Below are positions 11,116 to 20,000 of a stretch of 20,000 nucleotides of DNA, piece by piece. Origin of the DNA: Catajapyx aquilonaris. Taxonomy: Eukaryota. Numbering within the stretch: position 1 is the first letter of the stretch; each line of letters opens with the position of its first letter. Location: assembly GCA_000934665.2 (NCBI GenBank), contig KZ538351.1, positions 60,334 through 80,333 of the forward strand, in the 5' to 3' direction. Made by a program: the position numbers and the translations under genes. The notes beneath the pieces were generated by a model that made no database searches, was not told where the DNA came from, and saw nothing but the letters and a program-made list of their open reading frames with translations.

Positions 11116-14100
11116 ATGGCTGGCCAGTTGTCCCCGACCTCCAGCCTCCAGAAGAGGCTGACCATCCAGCTGCCCAACCTCCTGTTGGGTTCCCCAAAGG
11201 TGTGCGACCACAGAACCAGACCGCTTCTGATTGAGCTGGAGGAGCTTCTGGAGGTGGATGACATGTCGGAGGACGACCAGAGGGAGTGGAAGGAGACGTC
11301 TCGGTGGATAAAGTACGAGGAGGACGTCGAAATGGCGGCTAATCGGTGGGGGAAACCTCACGTGGCGGTCCTCAGCTTCCACGCTCTCCTTCACATCCGG
11401 AAGCTGCTTCAAGGAGGACTCAGCCTCCTGGACATGGACGCCGACGGCATGGCGGATGTGTCGCGCAAGCTGGTTGAAGCGCTGGACAAGGATGGCTATC
11501 TGGGTGTCCAAGGGGGGAAGTCCGAAGTGGCCAGGGTTCTGGCTTTAAGACACAAGCATCTCTCGATCGACCAAGGAAAGAGGACGTTCAGGAACAGGTT
11601 CGGGTTCAGAAAAGCTGTGCTCAAACCTGATTTGCAGGTATAGATGCTGCACATTGTTGCGTAACTAGTAGTCGCCTAACAATGTTTGTCCGCAGCCGCC
11701 TCCTGAAGGAAGAGAGTTGCCGACAAACGCCGAGAACTTCTGCGGTAGGATACCTCCGAATTGTCAGGCGGCGTCCATACTTGTGGCAGGCGGAATTGAC
11801 TTTTTGGACAAGCCGTTCCTGGCCTTCGTCCGACTTGGTGAGGGCGTACCGATGCCGAACGTGACCGAGGTGCCCATACCTGTCCGGTTCGTGACCCTCC
11901 TGATGGGCCCTCCCCAGGAGGACATCGACTACCACGAGCTGGGTCGCTCAATGGGAACCCTGATGTCCAGCAAGTCCGTTCGAGACGTGATGTTCAAGAC
12001 GGACAATGCGCAAGAAGACCTGCTGGGTGCATTCAACGAGTTCCTGGACGACAGCATTGTCGTCCCGCCTGGAGAGTGGGACAGTGCGACTCTGATGCCC
12101 GTCGCAGAGATGAAGGCAAAAGTGGCGGCCATACGGGACAGGAAGAGGGTCCGGATCAAGAAGATGGCGACCAAGGCGGTAGCATCCGGGGAGTGGCTGA
12201 CCCAGATGCCCGCATTCAGGCCGAGAGACCCGCTGCAGCCGTCCGGGTTCCTGTTCGGAGGAGTGATCAACGACATAAGGCAGCGGTACCCCCTGTACCT
12301 GTCCGACTTCAAGGACTCGATGAACCTGGTCTCCTTGGCCGGTGTGGTGTTCATCTTCTTCACATGCGCTCCGATCTCCATCACGTACGGAGGTATCATC
12401 GCCGAGAAGACAGGGTTCTGGATGGGCATCAGTGAGACGCTGCTGTCCACATCTGTCGCCGGAATCGTCTTCGCCTTGCTCGCCGGACAGCCTCTAATCA
12501 TCGTGGGCACCACAGGTCCTCTCCTGCTATTCGACGAGGCACTGTACAGGTTCTGCCAGAATAACCGGATCCAGTTCCTTCCGGTCCGGGTCTGGATCGG
12601 GATCTGGATCGGGATCATCGGGCTCTTCATGGCCATGCTCGACGGATCCCTTCTGGTCAGCATGTTCTCCAGGTTCGTCCAGGAGATCTTCTCGGCCCTC
12701 ATATCCGTGCTGTTCATCTGGGAGACCATCCACAGCCTGCACGTCATATTCCAGAACAACCCTCTGAAGAGCCAGTACTGCAACCAGACCTGCAACAGCA
12801 CCGATCCGGATTTCCAGTTGTAAGTCTTCTCGGGAAGAAAGTATAGTGTGCATATGCTGTACTATATACAATGCTGTCCGTTGCAGGTTATTGTGCGATC
12901 AGCTCTCGGCCATCCAGGGGCAACCCAACACTGCTCTCCTGTGCACCATACTCACCTTGGGGACATTTTTCATCGCCTATTGCCTCAAGTACTTCCGCAA
13001 CAGTCACTTCCTCAGCAGATTTGTAAGCGACAGTAAGTTTAGTTGGTGACATCTCTCTTTTCGTGACGTGACCCATTCACCTCTTGCAGGCCCGTCGTGC
13101 CCTGGGCGACTTCGGCGTCCCGATCGCCATCCTGTTCATGTCCATCATCGCTCACATGGTGCCGGACACATGCACGCCGAAGCTGCAGGTGCCACATGTA
13201 CTGGAGCCGACCAGTCCAGCCCGGGGGTGGTTCATCTCCCCTGTGCAGGAGCTGGAGAAGGACAAAGAAATCTGGGAACCCAAGATGCTGTTCTTCATCT
13301 CGTGCGTCCCTGCCTTCCTGGCGTACATCATCATCTTCATGGAGACACAGATATGCGAGCTGATCTTCAGCAAGCGGGAGATGAAGCTGCGGAAAGGTGC
13401 TGGGATTCATCTGGACGTCTTCCTGCTCAGCCTGTTCAACGTCGGATGCGGATTCTTCGGAGCGCCTTGGATGTGCACCGCGACCATACGATCGGCGTCG
13501 CATGTGTCCGCGCTGTCCGTGTGGACCCAGGCGACAGCTCCGGGCGAGGCTCCGAAGTTCAGAGGGGTCAAAGAGCAGAGGGTCACCGGATTGCTGCTCA
13601 GCGTCATGATCGGAGTCGCAGCGGTCATGACGGACTTCCTGCGGCCCATACCGGTCGCCGTGGTATTCGGAGTGTACCTGTACATGGGAGTGGCCTCTAT
13701 GAGCGGCATCCAGCTGTTCGATCGCATACCGCTCCTGTTCATGCCCAGCTCGATCCATCCTGAACTGTCATACGTACAGAACGTGCGTACATGGAAGATG
13801 CACCTGTTCACGATGCTCCAGCTGTCCTGTCTCATGGTGCTGTTCGTCATACACGTGACGGAGGTGGCCACACTCTCCTTTCCTTTCCTGCTCTTGCTGC
13901 TGGTGCCACTGCGGGCGCAGTTCAACTGCTGCTTCAGCGAGGCGGAGCTCGAGGCGGTCAGTATTTTTGTCCACGTGGTCGGTGTACCGATGCTTGATGG
14001 CCATTCTTTTCCAGCTGGACGCTGACGAGGCTGAGGACGAGGACGATCCTGACTTTTTCACCCTAGCGCACAAGCCAGGTGGTGAGCAATTAATCGTGTG

Positions 14101-14390
14101 CATGACCTTTTACATTTGTAAGTAATTGTTGAACTGATCCAGGTCGCAGGACGACGTCGAGGAGCAGGCAAACGGTGGAGTTTATGGAAGACGAGTCAAG
14201 GCGGTCTTCATCAACTGATGTCCCCAGGGTGGTCGTGACCAGCGCAGATAACTCCCAGTTGTCTGTGATGAGCGACCACTTACTGACCACGAAAGGAAAT
14301 AAGTCGGGTAATCAAGATTACTCGAAACGACTCGTGCCCAGGTCGGCGTCTCAGACCTTTATCATGGCCAACAGTACGAATAAAAAATAA
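11116..14390 (+). CDS. SLC4 anion exchanger paralog (copy 3), N-terminally short, divergent, with extended Ser/Arg-rich C-tail, ~987 aa
   Basis: Exons join(11116-11637,11696-12819,12887-13022,13090-13956,14015-14081,14143-14390). ATG lies in an aaaATGG context with an in-frame TAA at 11092. Motifs: [55 protein letters not shown]. The last exon is less certain; AATAAA at 14379 and 14386. Confidence 0.92.
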
Positions 14391-14391
14391 A
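14379..14391 (+). terminator. Tandem AATAAA polyadenylation signals at the end of SLC4 copy 3
   Basis: AATAAA at 14379-14384 and 14386-14391; the second overlaps the predicted TAA stop at 14388-14390. Confidence 0.4.
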
Positions 14392-14868
14392 GCATGTATA
14401 GCAACCATCAAGAATGGTGGCCGATGATTAATCCTCCACATAAATGAATGGCTCAGCGAAGGAGTGATGGGTCAATGTTTGTCACACTGTGCAATCAATG
14501 ACATCTGAAATCCTAGTGAAACATAATTATGGTTACCATGAGATGTTCCCCAGCACGAATAATGAGGGAAAAAAACCTTAATGATGCCCACCTTATTCCG
14601 GAAGCTGCACAGCATTATTATAGCATATTTGAAACATTTACAATATTATGACCTCAGCCAGGAAGCATGTGGAATACAATATGCAGAGCATATCTTGATT
14701 GTTTTATCATTGTATAGCAGCTGACATATGGAAAGTTGCAGCACTGCTGTGTAGTACAGGTGCTGGGTTAGAAACGCGAGCAACATTTGTCGATACTCAT
14801 ATGATCGGGGGCGGTATAGAGTAGAATCATGGTGGGCCCTATTCACGCGTGGTAGAAATGCTCTTGAG

Positions 14869-16064
14869 ATGAGGACATCGTTTGACTCGATACTGGAGGT
14901 GGTGGGAGGATTCGGGGTGTGGCAGGGGACCATTGTTGCGGCCACTTTCGCATCCGGGGTGATATTGTTGTTCAACATAATTTGTTACGTGTTCGATTCG
15001 GCTGCACCCAGAGAGTACTGGTGCAAGGTGGAGGGACTGGATGGGGTCAACTGGACAGAGGAACAGGTCAAGGCCATCACCATTCCCAGGTATATATAGG
15101 CTACTGCGGCCACAAAAATGATTCAGGCTGTGTTGCATCACTTCTCTTATTGTTGCAGGGATGGGCAGGGAGGGTCGAGCCAGTGCCTGGTGTACGATCG
15201 CAACTATTCTTCACTGGTGGGCATGACTTACGAGGAAGCTGGACAGGTGGTGGCCTCATCTGGAGACCAGCAGAGCACCACTCCTTGCCACGACTGGATG
15301 TACGATCCGTCACCCTTCCTGTCCACCACCGTCACCGAGGTATGCAGTGGGTGCATGTGATTGTACCACACTATACATTGTTGGCCATAGAGATGTTAAC
15401 CCAAGCAATGTTATATTCCCAGTGGGGATTGGTCTGCGAGAGAGCGGCTCTTCGGCCAACCATCCAAACAGTGGCTGTGTTTGGTGTCATGTGCTCCACG
15501 TTCATAAGCGGACTCTTGGCGGACAAGTATGTGAACACATGGTCATGGAAGTCCATACACGTAAACGATTTTTAGGGACAGGAGGATCTTCAGCTTTGCA
15601 CAAGTGTTTCGTAAAACGACACCTTTTCAATCATTAATTGTGACTTACACAGCATTTTTCTCTACAGATTAGGTCGCAAGAGAACTATTCTCGGATGGTC
15701 TCTCGTGCAGACGTGTGTCATGTTTGGAACTGCCTTCGCAATAAACTCGGGCAAACTACCACAGTGCAATAATTACTACTCCTGATAATATGATGTGCTA
15801 CTGTATTTATTTATAATCATGCTTCAGGCATCCGGATATGGCTACGTGCCTGGAGTAGTGGTGACCTTGTGCTGTCTTATGGCCGCACTAGTCTCATTTC
15901 GTCTGCCTGAAACCAGAGGACGAAAGTTGCAAGACACGGTCCAGGAATTGGAGGAACAAAGTAGAGGCGACAACTCATCGTGCACATTCAGCCTAAAAAT
16001 ATCACGCAGGCGCAAACCCCATGAGAAGCCAAATTCTGTGGGCATTGACGCAGCAGTGGCCTGA
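14869..16064 (+). pseudogene. Internally deleted SLC22 (organic cation transporter-like, MFS) paralog
   Basis: Exons 14869-15089, 15159-15339 and 15423-15526 are intact. Exon 4 starts at 15668 but homology stops at 15737 (...VMFGTAF), with an in-frame TGA at 15783. Only the terminal exon follows (15828-16064, ASGYGY...LPETRGRKLQDT). Equivalents of the rest of exon 4 and exons 5-8 of the - strand paralog are absent. Confidence 0.8.
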
Positions 16065-16225
16065 AGGAATTCAAGGAAAAGAGTTGAATCCAATAATTGG
16101 TATACCGGCTGTGTATATACTCTACGATCTACGAGTACCTTACGAGACATCGTGTTGAGCTATTTCTGTGAAGGAGATTTCAACAACAACATTTTAATTT
16201 ACTATTATTGTATAACTCTATGCAC

Positions 16226-16231
16226 AATAAA
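16226..16231 (+). terminator. Candidate polyadenylation signal of the + strand SLC22 copy
   Basis: AATAAA ~160 nt after TGA 16062-16064, in AT-rich sequence. Confidence 0.3.
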
Positions 16232-16960
16232 CTGACAATTGATCGTATTGATGGATCTTGTCCGGCAAGTTAAATCTCTCATACCCGGTTCCCGATCTCC
16301 TGAATTAGAAGCATGTCCCCTGTTCGAACTGATTGAATTGCCTAGGATCATGTCGACCTAATATTACTTCATTAGTAACAAATATTTTATTATCTGAAAG
16401 CATCTCCTTCCAGTGCTATTAATAAGCAGTTTAGTCATACAAAATAATAACTACCAATTCCGGACAATTCGCTTGGATACTACTGTACAACTCACCTGTT
16501 CAAAACATGAGAACTGTTTAGGTTGTGGCAGGAAAGTGTCCTCCGAAGTATATCAGGGTGTCCCTTACTAGTCGCCCTTCCGTCTGGCAGTGCACTCATT
16601 GGCCCAAAACAAGTCGTAAATGTAGGGAGGAGAAATGTGGAAGAGTCTGAGGACTTTGCGCATCATTAGGAGTTGAATAAACTACTTCCTGTGGTCCGAA
16701 CCCATGCACCGCCTCGCAAAGCGAGTTTTCTGTATAAAACTGCAGTTTTTACCTCCATATTGAAAAATCCAACAGGGAGAGGTCGAAATAATCCAGCCGT
16801 ATGATAAACACTAAAAGAAATACTGTATTCCTATGTACCCTTGGGTAAAATTAAAACAATTGTTCCACATATGCTAGTTGTTACAGGTTAATCTTGCTCA
16901 TTGTTGCTGGCATTGTAAAATTGGATTCATATCTTTCCATCGTGCTACAGTGTCACTGTG

Positions 16961-19346
16961 TCATTGCCCACTGGTCTGAGTCTCTTTGGGCCTTCGCCTG
17001 CATATTGTGCTCATCAGGCTGAATGTGCACGATGAGTTGTCGCCTCTACTTTGTTTCTCCAATTCCTGAACCGTGTCTTGCAACTTTCGTCCTCTGGTTT
17101 CAGGCAGAAGAAATGTGACTAGTCCAGCCAGGAAGCTGCACAAGGTCAGCACTATTCCAGCCACGTACCCGTAGCCAGATGCCTGAATAATAATTATTGT
17201 CGATATCAAAATATTAGTATTTGCACTACTATAGGGGTTTGCAAAGCCAGTCAACTTACAGTGTAATCCACGAGGTATGGTGCGATCATTCCTCCTATCC
17301 TTGAGTGCATTGCTCCTGTGGTGACTCCATGACCCCTGACCTCGGTGGGATATAACTCGCCAGTGTAGATATAAATGGAGGTAAAGTTAATGTCGCTTCC
17401 AACCCTGGCCAAGACTATCAATGCCACACTTATGTAGTACAGATCTGGCGAAGAAACTGTTTAGAAGAGAACAGACTCGATCAGCACTAATGTTTTGTGT
17501 CATGAGATTGGCACCATTAAAATTGGGATCGGATTCAGACCTGCCTTGACCACTGTGAAGGTGCAGAGGAAGACGGACATGATGAAAAATGAAGAGGCAA
17601 AGAGAATGCGCCTTCCGATCCGAGCAATCAACCAAATGAGCAGGAACCGGACCAGAAGCTTCTGACACCCAAAAATTAAGAAGACAAGGTGAGGACCCGC
17701 AGGAAAGAGTGCACCCATAAAGAAGAGGCTGTTTACAACCAATCCGATCGCGAACCAATCCCAGAAAATTATCAAGCTGATGGCCCTCATTGCAGGGGTG
17801 CGCCAAAAGACAACCACGTGCTTCAGCCGATCACAGCAGTTTCCTCGAGAGGTGACCTTCACTGGTTCGACTTCCTATTATTTTAGTGAGAGACATTCCG
17901 TATGAGAATTAGTATAATCATCGCTCTTTAGAACACAGTCATACCGACTGCCTGAAGTCCTCCATTAGTTTCCTCAGGTCATCACAGTTGGCCATCTGTG
18001 CCCTTCCGTTCATCCTGGCTGCCCGAAGGAGGAGGCCTTCCGCTTCTGACATTCTCCCTTTGAGGATCAACCACCTCGGAGACTCTGGGATCAACCTGCA
18101 TATGTGGATGTCAGTATGTGTACTGGACTGAATCACTCTGAACTGAGCTTACCTGGAGAAGATAAGAAAGGTGAAGCTTACTCCAGCTGCTGCAAAATGT
18201 AAGTGTCTCCACTCCCTCAGCCAATAGGAAATCCCGGAGGTGAAGATGAAGCCCAGAGAGGCTCCAATGTCGAAGAGGAGACACGCGGTGGATCGTCGAC
18301 GAGTGTCGGCCACTTCACTCACTGCAAAGTTATTGGAGGATTGCAAGGTTAGCAAATAATCTCTCCCCATTCCTATGGCGGAAAACAATAAATAAAAATA
18401 ATTCCGTGAGCCATCAACTTTACCAAGAACGAAGCAGCTGGAATAGACTCCGTAGCAGGCCATCCCAGTGACGAATCGGAGGAACAAATAGAGGTAGTAG
18501 TTGGGCGAGAAGGCTGTTCCAAACATGACACACGTCTGCACAAGAGACCATCCGAGAATACTTCTCTTGCGACCAAATCTGGGGGGAATTGATGCGTGAG
18601 ATTTAGAAAGCAGCACCATCCGAAAACGCTCGTATAAATAATTTATATATCCGGCTTGCAGTTGCATGTGTTCACATACTTGTCCGCCAAGAGTCCGCTT
18701 ATGAACGTGGAGCACATGACACCAAACACAGCCACTGTTTGGATGGTTGGCCGAAGAGCCGCTCTCTCGCAGACCAATCCCCACTGGGAATATAATTATA
18801 ATATTGCTTTGGTAGTTGGGTTAACATCTATGACCAACAATGTATAGTGCGGTACAATCACATGCACCCACTGCATACCTCGGTGACGGTGGTGGACAGG
18901 AAGGGTGACGGATCGTACATCCAGTCGTGGCAAGGAGTGGTGCTCTGCTGGTCTCCATCAGATGAGGCCACCACCAGTCCAGCTTCCTCGTAAGTCATGC
19001 CCACCAGTGAAGAATAGTTGCGATCGTACACCAGGCACTGGCTCGACCCTCCCTGCCCATCCCTGCAACAATAAGAGAAGTGATGCAACACAGCCTGAAT
19101 CATTTTGTGGTCGCAGTATATATACCTGGGAATGGTGATGGCCTTGACCTGTTCCTCTGTCCAGTTGACCCCTTCCAGTCCCTCCACCTTGCACCAGTAC
19201 TCTCTGGGTGCAGCCGAATCGAACACGTAACAAATGGTGTGGAACAATAGCAGCATCCCTGAGACGAAAGTGGCCGCAACAATGGTACCCTGCCACACCC
19301 CGAATCCTCCCACCACTTCGAGTATCGAGTCAAACGAGGCCTTCAT
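16961..19346 (-). CDS. SLC22 family organic cation/carnitine transporter-like protein (MFS, Orct-like), 574 aa
   Basis: complement(join(19126-19346,18879-19062,18680-18783,18424-18578,18153-18321,17945-18095,17541-17874,17260-17444,16961-17182)) = 1725 nt, all GT-AG, no internal stop. Motifs: FDSILEVVGGFGVWQ, Cys-rich first loop, STTVTEWGLVC, LADKFGRK, IPESPRWL, IGRR, YTGELYPTEVR, RIGGMIAP, LPETRG. Confidence 0.93.
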
Positions 19347-20000
19347 CTCCTCGTGTCGGGATCGTTCCAAACCACGAAACTCTTTTGATTTGGGGTGCTA
19401 ATATAGTCTTCTTCCCACTGATCTAATGCGTAACGACACGTGCGCTTGCATTTTACACACGCCTGCTGGGTTACTATCGGCGAACTGTTATCTTACGCAC
19501 CAGTATGTCAGCGACTATGCAAGTCGTGGCTGCGATCATCCCGCGACCTTCGATAGCAAAACAATCCCCATATATATAAAGCTCAATATTTGTGCGTATA
19601 ATATATGTATGTATGCCACGCCTAATTAAGCCACTTCCCGGGTACGGAGAGCGCTCAAATTTCGCACAGCCATGTCTTACATATCGGTGACCCCGAGAAA
19701 AGTCCCAAAACCGAACTTTTTTGAGTCTAAGGGGGGTTTTCAGCTGATTAAGCAATTGCCTAGCAACCCTGGCTGTCAACAAGCCCAAAGGAAGGATCTG
19801 CCTCTCTCTCACTCACGTTCTACAATAATCAACATTGCATATTCAACAATGAAAACAATAGAACAACGGGCAGGTTGGCAAGAATAATAATTGCAGTACA
19901 CGGAGCTGACACGTAGGGTATTGTAACAATAATTAACGGTTGGAGTACTTCGGGGAGTGCCGAGATCAACAATACCGAACAATACGGTACTGTACAGTTC

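Larger units (their letters stand above)
14866..19349. repeat. Long inverted repeat formed by the 5' parts of the two SLC22 paralogs (arms ~14866-15541 and ~18665-19349)
   Basis: The reverse complement of 18665-19349 matches 14866-15541, including introns 1 and 2, with a few substitutions and small indels. Weaker matches: 15668-15737 vs 18509-18578, and 15828-16010 vs 17000-17182. Confidence 0.9.

Noticed and set aside
12586..12620. (GGATCT/GGATCG)-like hexamer repeats giving DPDPDP in another frame
   Set aside because: These encode the WIGIWIGIIG transmembrane helix, which is similar in all three paralogs; not an independent repeat or CRISPR array.
11929..12801. Long antisense ORFs (290 aa here; also 4373-5191, 3181-3816, 13039-13758, 9889-10317)
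   Set aside because: They shadow SLC4 coding exons. Strong C/G third-position bias depletes antisense stops, and the translations show no recognisable protein features.
14919..15575. 218-aa + strand ORF
   Set aside because: An off-frame read through SLC22 exons 1-2 and introns that enters the true frame only at exon 3.
19620..19760. Sequence with the feel of a non-autonomous transposon or MITE fragment
   Set aside because: No terminal inverted repeats, target-site duplication or second copy is visible in the window; a genome-wide repeat search would be needed.
1..20000. Prokaryotic-type systems (operon, CRISPR, defence island), rRNA or tRNA
   Set aside because: The window is explained by spliceosomal-intron-containing animal genes; no repeat-spacer array or structural RNA signature was seen.

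Overview
Eukaryotic (animal, arthropod-like) DNA from a compact genome with many short GT-AG introns, mostly 52-102 nt. Positions ~1.4-14.4 kb on the + strand hold a head-to-tail array of three SLC4 Na+-independent Cl-/HCO3- anion exchanger genes (AE2/band 3 type). Copy 1 is a full-length AE2-like gene (~1250 aa) with a His-rich N-terminal extension and a candidate TATA/Inr promoter preceded by a GATA cluster. Copies 2 (~890-900 aa) and 3 (~990 aa) are intact but lack the N-terminal extension and two introns, and differ at functional residues. Positions ~14.9-19.35 kb hold a convergent inverted pair of SLC22 organic cation transporter-like genes: an intact 9-exon gene on the - strand (574 aa) and a + strand copy that lacks most of its transmembrane exons yet is nearly identical to the intact gene over ~560 nt, introns included. 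All exon models were derived by hand from splice signals and family homology, without transcript evidence.
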